A stretch of 64,000 nucleotides of DNA from Perkinsus chesapeaki ATCC PRA-425 (GCA_013115145.1 JAAPAO010000036.1:1-64000), one strand, 5' to 3'; shown: positions 28,144 to 41,640, numbered from the stretch's first letter. Numbers and translations are program-made. Notes: a model not told the origin generated them from the sequence alone.

Positions 28144-30755
28144 TTAGTCCACAATCTCACAATCGACATCGGCCTTCTCAGTGGTCGTCTTGCTACCAGA
28201 GTCTCCTGAACATCAGCACGCATACGCAAGCTTAGCACAAGTGAGCTTTACCCTCCTCAGGTGCCTTCCCGCTATCAGCCTCCTCACTAGCTCCACTCTC
28301 CTCTTCAGCAATAGCTGTAGGACCATTCCCTAAAGGCAACTAGTAACATCATCCAGCATCCCTCATCAGAGTTCCCTCTATACCAGCTGTCGGTGGGGGA
28401 GGCTTAGGAGCTTGGACCGGCCTCACTGCCATTGTCATACTCTCCACGTTATATAAGGTGTACTTGCCCATCCTATACCTGAAACACAAGCTGTAGTTAA
28501 AGGGAGCCCAACCCAGAAGGAGCTGGCAGACCTGTCCGTCGGGTAGAAGGCAGCACACATGGTTCGGTCGTCGAATTTCCGACCGTTATTGGTAGCCTGG
28601 AACTTCCTGGCTGCTGTGATGTCCGCAAACTGCACAAATATCTTACCAACACCGTTGGCATATGGTGTCAGACTTGCTGAGGGCTGAGAGCAGGGAGTCG
28701 TACATACGATTATACGAAGGAGTGGTATGGAAACCTTACACGCGGAACTCGGACCTCCAGCACAGTGCCGTGCTTCTGGGCCTCCTCTCGAATCTCATCT
28801 TCTATTGACTTCACCTCTACAAAAAGCTTTGTCCCTCCTCTATTCCCCCTTTCCCTTACTACCATTCTCCGACATAAGATCCTCTATATAAACAGCATTT
28901 AGAAGCTGCACTACTGTACTAGGGATCGAGCCTATCTCCCGACCTGCCTTCAACTGGGCTGCTAGAGCTGGGTTAGCCAACACTCTTGCTGTCATCGAAG
29001 GTACCTATAACGCTCCATCCCTCCCAATAATCAGAGCCCCACTGGCTACCCCTCCCGAGCCATCAGCCAAGTTGGTCGCTGGGCCTCCGATACCAGCTGC
29101 CTGAACAACACCATGCCAACACATTAGTGACCAGTATGCGACTTACCCCGCCTTGCTGTGCGTCTGGGACGAGCCTCGTTACACTGAGGCTGTAGTTTCC
29201 CAATACGAACTGGTCCAAGGCATAGAGGCAGTTCTCGGCATCAGGCGGATCTGAGGTTCAAAAGGTTACTAAGATCCTCCATAGCGTCCCTTACTTTCAA
29301 ATTGACAAAAGCCATAACCTTTGCTCAGCCCAGTGGTCCTGTCTCTTATGAGACTCACCATGTTCAGCGGCCCGAACTGCTCCAGAAGCTCTCGAAGATA
29401 AGTCTCGGTCATGACCTATAAGAACCTTAAAGCTCATACCAAACTTCCGCCAAATCTCACCGGTGGTAGATGATATATTCCAAGCTGCAAGTTGGGCCCT
29501 GCCGCCTTCTTCTCAGCAGATCCCCCTAGGCATCACTCACCAACGAAGCCCATATGATCCCTTATGCTACCACAGAGCTCTTCAATAGTGAGGTTCTGGA
29601 TCTCCTCTGCTGTTATAGTCTTCGAAGGATCCTCTTTATTGTAGCCGTGTGGCCTCGTAATAGCCAGCTTCCGGCCGTCCAAATCGATGCCTAAGGCCTC
29701 ACAACTATAGTAGCCAATCCTATTAGGCAACAATGTTACCCGCAGCAGTCATCCATTTGGATTTGAAAAGGAAATCAATCTAGTTTCAATTATATCAAAT
29801 AGCCAGCGAAATATATAATAGAATTCTCCACCGTCTAGACACCCCTCAAACCGATAGTACCGTTCAATCTCATAGCCACTGTTGCTGCTATAGGCGTCCG
29901 AAACTCGACCAAGGCTGTACGGCTGTGTCCATCGGAGACAAGGAAAAATACAGATACAACCTGAGAACCATTTCATAGTCATGTAAGAAGCTGTATGGGA
30001 ACGTACTGGGTGCAAAGGTGTAGTCTTGCTACTATTGCCAGTAACAGCAAAGAGGGCTCCCTTGAAGAAGTCCATTACTGACTGCTGGCTAGAGTCCCTC
30101 TGTCGGATATTCTTAACAGTAAGCCTTCTTTCAGAGGGATCTCCCTTCACCTACACCACCGACACTTCCAGTTTACTTTGCCCCCTGTTCTATAACCTTT
30201 CCCATGGCTGCTGTAGAGGCCACCCCTTCCCCTTGTGGAGCTGACGAGACCGGCGGGGCAGCACCTGTACAGCAAACCGAGCTACGAAGGGCAAATTATA
30301 GATGTCGGCGGCGGCTTACTGAAAACACTCGGAGTCGGATCCGGAGAGTCCCGTCGTGACCTCTTGCTGCGGTCACGCGACCTTGACCGTCTTCTCTCCC
30401 GGCGCGATCGTCCCCGAGATCGAGAGCGATCTAAACGAAAGAAGCTCCAATTGAATGTCAATGACAGAAGGAAACTCCCTTTAAACGGAAGCTTCAGCGG
30501 AGTGATATGCCAAATGAGACTATCCACATTCCAGCCGCAAAAGGCTGAACCATATCGATTGCTCAAGACCGGCAGGTGCATGTCCATGCGAGCCTCCCTT
30601 TGATCCCCAACGAGAGCTACTAGTTGAGTGTTAAGCTACGCAAGGGCAGTGGGCAGCTACCAGCAAAGACTACCTCTATCCTGATCATCACGCTCCCTTG
30701 ATCTGCGACGGCGAGACGAACGATCTCGGGAGCGAGATCTGGACCGGCTACCCAT
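28144..30755 (-). CDS. U2AF2: Splicing factor U2AF large subunit (U2AF65)
   Basis: N-terminal RS domain, RRM1 (DLDGRKLAITRPHGY), RRM2 (KTTGLSKGYGFCQF) and UHM (GVGKIFVQF...GRKFDDR). Confidence 0.9.
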
Positions 30756-30798
30756 TGTACGAGGGGGCTAACAACCAACTGGGCGACGGGGAAATGAA

Positions 30799-31056
30799 AG
30801 GGCTCTGCCTATCCAGTGGGATATGAGAGGGCTCTGCCTATCCAGTGGGATATGGGAGGGCTCTGCCTATCCAGTGGGATATGAGAGGGCTCTGCCTATC
30901 CAGTGGGATATGAGAGGGCTCTGCCTATCCAGTGGGATATGAGAGGGCTCTCCCTATCCAGTGGGATATGAGAGGGCTCTGCCTATCCAGTGGGATATGA
31001 GAGGGCTCTGCCTATCCAGTGGGATATGAGAGGGCTCTGCCTATCCAGTGGGAGAT
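30799..31056. repeat. Minisatellite: 9 tandem copies of a 29-bp unit (AGGGCTCTGCCTATCCAGTGGGATATGAG)
   Basis: GGCTCT starts at 30801, 30830, 30859, 30888, 30917, 30946, 30975, 31004 and 31033. There are single substitutions in units 2 and 6, a degenerate last unit and no spacers. Confidence 0.97.
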
Positions 31057-31311
31057 GTAAGGATATGCCCTCAACTACCCGCAACATGAGTTTCCCCTGG
31101 CAGCGGTCCAACTAATGGCTTTAAATCGTAGTAGTGGCCTATCTCACAAGCCCAATTGGATAGAATAAACCAAACACTGTCGTCTGTATTGAAGGTAGTA
31201 ATAGTGATGTTGGCTTCTACAACAATAGCGGCATACATCTACCATTAGGAGAGGCGATGATGGCTATTGCAGAGTGCACGGAGGAAACTCGAAAGGAGGA
31301 AACTATAAAAG

Positions 31312-33690
31312 CTATATGGCATCAACATCGACATCCGACCCATCGTCTTCAAGATCATCTTGAACCTAAACAAACAACAGTTCCGCGACCCCAAGAACAT
31401 AATACCATCCCCCGCCACTCTCCCTTGATAAATTCCTATTCGTAATACTGCTTAGAACCACGATTTACTACCGGTACTATACGAATTGTCTATTGCCCAG
31501 TAGCAGCAGCAGTTCGCCATACGTGGCGTAGTTCAACAACCTTGATAGAGAAGTTCGTAAGTAGAGGAAAGTTACGTATTAGTACGACAATCTTTTGTGG
31601 TTAATTAATAGTCTATATGTCGCTTAGTAGGATAGTAAACGATGTGGAAGTCCCTTCGCATCAAAGTATCCTGTTGAGATCCTCTTATCCCCCCTACCTT
31701 AGGGGCCTTCTTCTGTGCTACTGAATTCTTCTTCTTAGGACTCTCTTCCTCCTCCTCCTCATCGTCATCACTATCATCATCATCATCATCCTCGCTACTG
31801 CTATCCTCCGCCTCCGCAGTTTTGAGCCATTCTAGGAAGGGAGCTGCCGCCTTGCGACACAACGAGAAACTGCAAAGTATTTGTGCCCTTCCAATCCCTT
31901 CCTATTGCCCGCGCTCCTACCCTCTTCTGTTATTATTGGTCTCATAGTGCTTCAACAGAGCCGATTCAGTGACGAGGTTCTCATCGTAGAGGTCCTTGAG
32001 GACATAGGGGTAATGGGCAATCTTCGTTTTATCCGGGTGCATCGCATACATAACCTCGAATGCTTCACAAACCTACACCCAACACCGTAAGCGAAGAGAA
32101 AACCTGCAGCAGAGCCTACCTCAGCAGTGGTCAGACCAGCATTCTCGATGACGCGTCCGACATAGGGCAGACGAGCCTCAAAGGTGTCCTTACAAAGCCC
32201 CTTCTCTTCAGCAGAAAATATGACCTTATTAGAAGCAAGCTCCACGACTGTACGGCAGCGGCAGCAGCCGCCGCCATGCGCCTACCTCCAGTGCTACGTA
32301 GAGCCGAGTAACGTGAGAGAATCTTTGAGATATCTGCAGTAAGCGAAGCTCTTGTAGGAAGTCGTCAACAGGCATCGTAGGAAGGCCTAAAAATGCACAA
32401 TGTCAGCGGAGCGAAGTAGAATTCCGGCGAATCTATTATGCGCCACAGTCCTACCTCCAGCGTCCTTAACCGCAGCGGCCAACGGATCGAGAACAGCTTC
32501 CTGGAGCTCAGGGCTCTGTGACGTGAGAGGGGCCAGTTCCATTTCTTGTGTACTGCTGTCCCCAGCATCACCAGCGGCACCACCATCTGAGCGTTCACTG
32601 ACTAATCGAGCCGCCTATGTATAGGCAACAGTACCCTTTTGGGAAGCCTCATCTCCTGAGCTTTTCTTAGAATGCTTCTTCTTGCTGCTCTTCTTAGTAC
32701 TTCCCTCCTCACTTGCCTCATCATCGTGCTTATGATGCTTATGGTGCTTCTTCTCGGACCTTACCAACAACACTATGCCTATCCTTCTCCATACCGCTCT
32801 TCTCTCATAAGCCGTGGAGATGCCTTATATACCCTCCCCCACATACTTATCCTTTTTCTCCTTTTTCTCTTTCCTTTCGCCATCATCCTCTCCCCTATCC
32901 TCCTTATCCTTCTTATGCTTCTTCTCCTTTTTCTCCTTCTTTTCCTTCACTACTACCTCCTCCTCCTCATCATCCTCACCAGCTGCTTCCTGACCATCCC
33001 CAAATGCCCCTACAAACAGCCCATTTGTTACCTTTCGTTGCCGTTCAGCCTTCTCTCTTTGCCTCTCAGCCTTATCCTTCTTACGCGTCTTTGCTATACC
33101 ACCGAAGCCTTCTGTCCCTTGTGGAGGGTTCTTCAATATAAACGTAGCCACCTTGTGAGTGGTATCCAAGCTGCCTCTCCAGCCGCAAGCCTTGCAGACA
33201 CCCTTAATGTCTCCCTTCTTCACACTCATATCAATTTCAGGTAGATGGCAATTTTGACATAGGACGTATCTAAGGTCCAAGCGTGAAGATTCCATGAGAG
33301 CTCAACTTTCTACCGCTCAATGAACTTATCCAAAAGTGCCTGCATGTCAGCTTGTTGATGCTCACCATTGACGATAGCCTTATCAGTTGACTCGTCGAAT
33401 TTACTCTGAGCTCCAAGTTCGCAGCCGAAGAACTTAGTGGGGTAGGACGGTGGCCTCTTAAGGGCCTAACAGAGCCCTCTTGAAACCCCAAAGTGTCCTT
33501 CCTTACCCTAGCCACATCGACCATATTTACAATGTTGGTTTTGATACCATTGCCTCTTCCTTCTATCTTCACGACCAACTTAGGCATTTTGTATCTGTAC
33601 ACTGCCATATTATCCATTTCAGTGAAATGGCTCCCTCTACCTGTATGCCGGGTCGTCGTTGTGGCTCGGGATATTGACCATGGACGCCAT
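31312..33690 (-). CDS. eIF5: Translation initiation factor eIF5
   Basis: [40 protein letters not shown]...CKACG zinc finger, W2-type [12 protein letters not shown], acidic tail ending DVDVDAI*. Confidence 0.93.
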
Positions 33691-34100
33691 TTTCTAGCAT
33701 GTCCTATCTTAAGGGAATTACTAAACAATACGGTATCAACTCCACCGTCGACCAAAAGTTGGACTATTAAACCCGCTGGGCCACGTCCTCTATATTGGCC
33801 ATAGGTCGTTCTTAAGTTCCGATACGCGACCCCACATTTTGTAGGAACTCACCCATAATATTAAACGGACGGTATTGCGTCGCTCCGCCTCAGTAGCGTC
33901 ACATGTTTCACATTTTTAAGCGGAATGCCAGGTTAACAGCGCTCGCCTTTCGAGACGGATCGTTTTACCGCGAGTTGCGAAGATACGGTCTGTGTCGATT
34001 GTGTATAGTACCATCGAAGTAACTGTGAAGAAAGCCTTTTGTGTGGCCAACAATAACCACTTTTCAGTGTTTTGGATTGCTGGTATCTTGAAACCTTGAA

Positions 34101-36623
34101 ATGAGCTCTCTGGCATGTGGTGATATGACCATGTGCAACAACTGTCAACGAGTCCAAGCGGGCCCAGACGTTGAGAGGATCTCCCCTGAAATCGACGGTA
34201 GCGCTTCCTCCGTCGGAGCACCTGAACTTATCGACCAGCGAGCTGTTGCCAACACCTCCGAGGATACAACTCAGCCTGTTTCGCTTCATTCTGATTTGGA
34301 GCCCGTAACTTTTACGAAGTACGACTCCCCTGAAGCAGGCCCTGATGAAGATCCTGAGGAGCCGATGTCGCTCGAGGCCGCCATTGAAGCCGTTCAATCA
34401 CACAACGGCTCCGGTCGAGTGTCTATCGAGGAGCCTCTTCCCATGCGACCTAAAGTCGAACCAGTGAGTTGTCCCTTTATGTTCGTACGGATCTCCTAAC
34501 TTCTCAGCGTTCTCGTCGATTGGCTGCAAGACGATCCAATCTGGAGCAGATGGCAGTCGTCCTAGTCGACAAATACAATACAGCCTATAGGATAGTTCTA
34601 CTTTTACTTTTGGTAAGTTGTTATCTATTTGACCGATTTCACTTTTACCAGAAACATCCTTTTGTTGCCTTTTACTTTCTACGTTTGTATATATGTTTCT
34701 AATTGGCCTCGTTCGTCCAAGGCTTCTGGGGGTCTCCCCGCTTATCTCGACAGTTGGTCTCTATGGGGTTCGTTTGCTGTTCAGATCTTATTAGCCTTTG
34801 TTTGCGGAATCCAGTGCTACGCCCAGTTCATTGTACCGGTACCACCTACGGCCTCCGAACTAGACACCCTAGCTCCGGAGACTCTGACGAACCCTCAGAA
34901 CACGCGTTACGAAACCACTGCCGCTGGTGTGGTTGAGACCATCATTCTTGGATCGATCGGCCTGGTCTCATTGGTGCGAGCTGTGATGCTGGTGAAGACG
35001 ATGTTCATGAGTGCAGAGGATAAGTTGAAGAGCGAGCGGTATCACATTCAGAAAGTACAGATATGTAAGGATCGCTCCGAGTGCACTATCCGAAAAAGGA
35101 TAAAATGCATGTACACCACTTTACGCAACAACTTGTCGATGACGGGCGATTGGTTCTGGTATGGCTATTTTGCCATCCAGATCAGTGATACAATAGTGCA
35201 AATTATCAGACTGCTGGAGCAGGGCGGTCGAACCCTGACTGGAGACCAAGGCCCTGTGGCTGACCGTTTGGCTATCATGACTCAGGCAACTATCATCCTT
35301 CTTGTACTGTTGATAGGACCGATAACTCTGATTCTCAATAACAGGGTCTGGGCTACTCTCTTCGACGTCATAGCGGCCTTCAGCTTCACCACTGCCTATC
35401 TCATCGTGTCCGGCAAGATCATACAACCTGATACTTGGCACACTTTACATTTTAAAACTTTCATCGCATTCTTTTCGAGCCTGCTTCCTGCCGTCATGTC
35501 TCTTGAACATATATTAAGCATTGATGACTACCTTATCGATGTGGCCAAACATCCCGAGCTCACTCGTGGTCAGCGTCGAGGACGTCTCAGATGCTTCATG
35601 ATCGCCTTCACATTGTGGTTTATTGGTATTAGCGGCTACAGCTACGTATCAATAACTCAGTTTAAAGGAGACTGCCCTGATGTCATCTCGAGGTTCAAAG
35701 AGGAATGCCTCCTGCCTGTGTACCCAATCCTGGACTCTGATTCTTGTGACTGTCGAATGGCATCTGTTTATCTTCAAGGTGATTGTGTGCAAGACGACAT
35801 GACCAGATTGCAACTATACAATAGGATAGAGTACTTGATGATATCCGACAACAACCCAACACCTTCGGCGTCCTGTACCAATGAGTCTCAAGCTCTTGTT
35901 GAGACTGTCTCCCAGCTCAGTGAGCTCGTCGTCTTGAGCTTGGTCGCGGTGCCTTTAACGAATCTTACCTTCTCACCACTGCAGCGTCTTGAAGTACTCT
36001 TAACCCCAGCTACTCAGTTGGCTCATGTCCCTGATGATGTGCATCAACGCTTCCCAGCCATTCGGTCCTTCCAGTTCGAGCTGTCGCGCATCCAGACACT
36101 TCCGTTCGACTCGCTTCAGCAGCTGACCCATCTGGAGTACCTCGGTTTGGCAGGCAACACTATTTGCCAAACGGCAACCTTTCCGGCTTGGACCACGGGC
36201 ATTGTCGACTGTGGGTCTAACGAAAATGCGTGTGCCGTCGACGCTTCCCTGGTCGGGCTGTCGCAGTCTTTAACAGGATACTGCAGAAAGTGGACGCTGG
36301 GCGGCGGGTCCCAGTTGTGTCTGCCGGCCTGCACCAACTTCTTTGCTCCAACGTTTGCTAGTACCGACATGGACAGCAGCGGTACAATGAGCGCACAGGA
36401 GAACACGGCCTTGTTCCAAATGTTCGGCCTCATACCTGCGGGCACCAATGTGAGTGTGGCCCTCCAACAGTGCGTGATGGAAGCCTGTGGGAAGACAGCG
36501 GCTGATGAACTGACAGCATCGGTTGAAGCAGTGGTAAGGAGACAGCTTTTGTGCAGCGGGTTGAGTGTTGGTTTATTTCAGTTATTCCTTCTTGGCGAGT
36601 CGAGCTGTGAAGCCTGTCCTTGA
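34101..36623 (+). CDS. Multi-pass membrane protein with C-terminal Cys cap, leucine-rich repeats and one EF-hand
   Basis: About 7-8 hydrophobic helices, then CLLPVYPILDSDSCDC, LRR-like LQQLTHLEYLGLAGNTIC and the EF loop DMDSSGTMSAQE. One exon of ~1.8 kb. Confidence 0.75.
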
Positions 36624-37090
36624 TTAAGCAGTTTTATGAATCTTTCACGTAGCATGAACTTATCAAATTATACAAATGATGTTGCTACTCGAGGTCGCTT
36701 TGTGTTAGTATAAAGTACTTTATTATCAAGGAGATACTCAGACATGCAGTTGCAGCAGCACGACACGCCAGTAGTTCAGCTTCATCTGACCGCGAAAAGC
36801 AAAAGGCAGTCACTATGGGAATATCGCTGAGTATCTCGCATGCTTATGCCCAAAAACTGCCTACCCTTGAAAGGCAGGTTCGGGGGGAGGGGTACTCCGA
36901 CTCGCGTCCTCAAACAAACGTTCTTTTATCGTCGGCGTGCGCAGAATCTTTGAAGTGCGCAGGTTACTTCGGGCTCGCCCGAAAATCATCAATCGCTCGA
37001 TAATGACAAACGAATCGAAGAACATGATTATTATGCCAACGAGTTTGTTGTTGTCGTTGTTGTAGAGCTGCTTATGTTGTTATATTCTCA

Positions 37091-39700
37091 ATGACGTCTA
37101 CAGAGCTTGCCTCCCCTTCCATTAAAGGTAGCATGAGAGGGTGGCCCCAGTAGCAACAAATTAACATTACCACTTCAGTTAAAAAGAGAGGTAGCCAGAA
37201 AAATGAGCCCGCACAGGTCCAGATTAATCTCAAGTAAGGCCTACTGCGCTCCTCCTCTTCCTCCTCCCAGGTGGATTCCATTTGTCAGCTCTCCTCGAAC
37301 CCAGCTTGTGGTTGACCGACTTGGGATCACGCGTGAGATGCTCGATGAGGTGCGCTCAGCAGCTGCTTCAGCTCGACCTCTGTTCACTGTCTTTTGTTAG
37401 GCATCTAGCCAGGAGCTTCCAAGTCGGGCGCTGCATAGCGGCGACCCTGATGTGGCGGAGGCATGGAACCAAGTACGATAGACCTGAAGAGGCTCCTCGT
37501 CCTGTCCTGCACCTCACTTTGTGTAGTTGATGGCAGCCAAGCGACGTCATTTCAAGGAGCTGGTTCTCGCTGAGAGGGAGCATGTCACACCTGACGAGCT
37601 CGCTGAATACAGAAGGCTCCGAGACTACCAATACGAGATGGCAGGCAGGAAGCATCGAAACAGCTCCGCCTCATTAGATGCATTGTTCCTTGCTGTTTAG
37701 TTCGAACATCTCCCCGAGCTTTACGAGAACTGCGAGAATCGAAGTCAGCTGGTGGGCTATCAAGACCTGACCATCCAGATGATGATGACGATGATGAGGA
37801 GGAGGAAGATCCGACAGTGGCCCGGCAAAGGGAACAGGTCGAGAGGACAAGTAGGGCTGCATAGGTTTCACTTGGTGTTCGCGTGCTGCGCTAAGCAGCA
37901 ATTTAGCAGAGTGTTAGTTCTATTTCGATGATGATGCTTGTTCCAGGAGAGGAGCTGAAGGCTGAAATCCTGAGTATGGTGACTTCTGAGCTAGCAAAAA
38001 AACAGCTGGCTGCAGCACGGGAAGCACAAGAGAAGAAGTTTGCGCTTAAGCTGAAAGCCTTGGAGGAAGACAGAGAAAAACTGAAGGAAGTAAGAATCCC
38101 TTTAACATGGGTCAACTTGGGTCACCCCACGGTCGGTGTATCCTCAAAGAGCTGTGCTGCTGCAGGACTCTGTTCTATGTATCTGATGGTCAGGTCCGCA
38201 AAGGCGTCATGGAGCAGAAGAAGAAAAAGCGCGAAGATTTGATGCAAAAGAAATTGGAGGAGAAAGAGCGATTGCGCGAAGAAGTGAGAGAGTGATGAAG
38301 TGCTGGAGATTACTCCCTGCCGCAGGTGCAAACGAAAATTGAAAGCAAACTGGCAGTAGTTGCGGAGAGGAAGCAAGCAATGGCCGAGATTAAGTAGCAT
38401 TGAGGGTCGATCTGTGCCATAGGTTGACCGTCTGCCTCCTCGTGATCAGGAAAGCCGAGGCAGAAGCATTCGCTGAGAAGTTGGAGGAAGTGAAGGAGAA
38501 GATGCGAGTTGAGCGAGAGCGGTTGGCGGCAGAAGCCGCAGAGCGGCAAGCGAAGTCCGCGGAGAAGCAGCGTCAGATTCAAGAGAACAAAGCTAATTTA
38601 ATGCACGAGGTGGGAGACTGTGGTGTGTAAGTGCGAGATGGCCGCCGTTGGTCAGCTGGCCGACGCAGCCGCAGTACGGTCAATTGAGTTCTCAAAGAGG
38701 CTGGTGGCAGCTCAGCGCATTGAGGCCGAAGCGGAGGCCAAGCGACAGGCGTCTGGCGAAGCGGCGAAAGATAGACATGAAGAGGCTATTAGTAAGGCGA
38801 TGCTACTGTGGAAGAGTTATCTTATCTTGTAGAGAAAAATGAGAAGCTTCGAGAGGAAGCGTGGGAAGCTATAAAGGAGCGTAGGGTGCCGCTGATTAGG
38901 ATAAGAATTGGCGATGGCCTCAGGAAATCGCAAACATGAGGAGGATATTGCCAAAGTTAAAGAGCGAGCAGCCAAGGTGAGGATAGAGCAGCACCAGAAG
39001 GTGAAGGAGTCCTACGAGCGGAAGACAACTCGGAAGGAGTAAGCATGATCTATTTTACATAACTTTATTTGGTCGTTGCAGCGCTGCTGGTGAGAAGGCT
39101 GCGAGGGAGGCTGAGATGGCGAGACACATCAAATTGAAGCGAGAGATGTATGAGGATCTGGTCAAGATTAATGCGGCGCGGATTGCCAAGCAACACGAGC
39201 ATACGAACCAAAAACGTAGGGGAGTGGGGGTGATGGCTATGACCTTGATTGGGTTAGGAATGTTGCGAATTGCAGAGACGGAGGCTAAGCTGCGGGACAA
39301 AGCTCAGGAGAAGGAGGCCCTCTACCAGAAGAGGATTGTAGGTCGACACTCCGCTGCTGTGTTTGGGACGTTGGCTGCTCCTTAGGTCAGCATAAGGGAG
39401 GGGTGGGCGGAGAAGAGCAAGCTTAAGGCTGAACTAGACAAGCTAAAGTATTGCAACAACACTCGACAATTTACCAAGTAAATGGGCTCTCCGAGAGCTG
39501 GCATTACGACCATTGGTCGTCGTCGATCAGGTCCGTGAACAAGCTAGGAATAGAGCTTCCTGCAGTCGAAGATCCCGGTAAGGGTAACACGTCGGAGACC
39601 TCCAATAGAGGACCTGAGGCATAGTACCTACATGCCGCCGCCGGCGCCGGCGATTCACGTCTGTTGTTTACAGCAGCCCTCTTTATCTGGTGTTCAAACG
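37091..39700 (+). CDS. Long coiled-coil (E/K/A/R-rich) protein, many short exons; 3' end approximate
   Basis: A chain of charged helical exons (ELAKKQLAAAREAQEKKF..., KLEEVKEKMRVERERLAAE...) separated by GT-AG introns. Confidence 0.65.
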
Positions 39701-39761
39701 CATTTCCCTGTTGTGTGAGTGTTGTCAATCTCTCATTTGTCTGTCCTGTTCTCGGCAAGCA

Positions 39762-41640
39762 GATGTCCGATAGCCCTATTGAGATGGAGTTGGTATCGAG
39801 CTCGCAGCCTCCAGCGGCCAAGCGTCTTCGGTTATCCTCGGACTGCTCTACCGCTCGTGGAAGCAACAGCAGTCTTCAGTCGAGATGGACGGAGCATCGA
39901 TGCTCAGACGAGGTTAGCAACCGCCGAGCTCCGCGCTCCTCGTATCTGCCCTTCTTCCAGTTGCTCGCCTACATCAATTCCTCGATTTCCAGCGAGAGTT
40001 CTCTGGCAGTCGTTCCAGCCTCCATTCTTGGTTGCCCGGAGCGCCGTATGAGCCTGGCTAGGATGCTTCACCGCTGCCTCAATCTCATTGGGAGTGTTCA
40101 CGACGCTCCACTATATTGCCGAGCGTGGGAGATATTTGCCAAGGTACGACCGACTCTAACGGTTTCGCGTCAATCCTTCTTTAGTCTGTGTCACATCTCC
40201 ATCCTCACCTTGGCGGTGGTGGAGGTGATGCTAGTACCTCGGAGGCCTTCCGGGCGGACGCTTCAGTGCGGGCCATGTGTGCCGCCAGTGTATCCCTCGC
40301 TGTGGACGTCAGGTGGTGCTGTTCTTCGAGCAACGGATGCAGCAGGCAATGGTGATGGCTCAGATGCCCTCTGGACTCCCCGCCATCATCATGGATTGTT
40401 ACTTGGGGACATTTCTTTTCGGGCTTCGTCAATTACGGCAACTCGAGTGTCAACCTGAAGTCTTTCTTGGTGAAGGGCGAGGATGACTGCAGAAAAGGTA
40501 GCGAACGTTCGAAGGCCCTCATGCGCTTGAAAGTAAGCACAAGCAGCGAGTGCTCCGACCGCTGGCCATCAGGTTGTCCTGAGCAGCTCTATATTCGACT
40601 GGAACCTGGATGGTACCGCCACTGTAGCGGACTGCCTCAGGATCTGCTATGATCGCTTCGTGCTAGCGCTGCCAGAACTGGCTCCTAATTCTTCGGCTTG
40701 GTTCAATGCTGGCGGTGTTTTACGGTAACCCTTGCTGGCTTCAGTTGTGCTATAGTGGTGGATTGCTTATTCATTCAGATCTTGCCAAAGCCTTGCTATT
40801 ATTGCATCGCTTGCACTCACCGGATCGAATGTGCCACCGATTGAGGAAGCCAATCGCAACAGCAGTGTTGCTGCTAACCACGTTGCTTTGGCTGTACTCG
40901 CTCTTGTAGGGCAAAACCGACGCTGCACCGTCCTCTGCCGCAACGGTCGTCAAAGCAGGTCACTTCGTATTCCTCCACCACCTCAATTCTCGACGGTGCA
41001 GCTCGGCCGATGATGCCTGGAGTGCCGGATTTATCTGGGGTTAGCACCATTCTCAAGAAAGGCAGGTCTGCCATTCAGCACACTCGTATGTGCTTCCTCC
41101 GCAGGAGTGCCTCTCGTTGAAGATTACTTGACCGCTTGCGATGAGGATAAAGTGGCGGTGGTGGGAGCTCTGGCAACAGCTGCCGGTACGGGGCAATTGC
41201 AGCGGACTTTTATATATTGTTAGCTCCTCAGGATGCTTCGTCTCTGATTTGCCTCGCATCGTTAACTCTGTATGGCGCCGTTCTAATGTCAAGCTTATGT
41301 TTATGACCATTGATGCCCTCGCCGAGGAGCAAACTTTGAACACCAAGGCTGGGAACACGGGACGTTGCGTGAGACTCCTACAAGCAGCCGCCTTGACAGC
41401 CGTTTGCAGATACTGCCGGAAATCCAGAAGTCCCACGAGGAGTACCACTGGCTGGTTTATCCTCGCAAGTAGCCTCACTTTTCATGATGACTGTTTATTA
41501 TCATCCATACCTCCACATTCATTACTCTTCCATTGGAGAGCTTTCCTTCAACTGTCAACAACATCTGTCATACGGTAGACAGTATCTTGTTTATTGTTCC
41601 TCCGTGTTACGCCATGCGTGTAGCTCTCCTGTTGGTTTTC
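39762..41640 (+). CDS. Hypothetical protein, N-terminal half possibly cyclin-fold; may be one or two genes
   Basis: PAAKRLRL NLS-like motif. The helical pattern RMSLARMLHRCLNL...AMCAASVSLA...FDWNLDGTATVADCL loosely resembles a cyclin box. Exon joins are only partly resolved. Confidence 0.4.

Noticed and set aside
30799-31056. CRISPR array
   Set aside because: Units are directly adjacent with no unique spacers, there are no cas genes and the context is eukaryotic.
32672-33244. 190-aa Leu-rich 'membrane protein' ORF on the plus strand
   Set aside because: Antisense shadow of the GAG/AAG-rich eIF5 linker.
36710-36723. 14-bp palindrome ATAAAGTACTTTAT downstream of the LRR gene
   Set aside because: Isolated and AT-rich. 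There is no rho-independent terminator logic in a eukaryote, and no second copy was seen.
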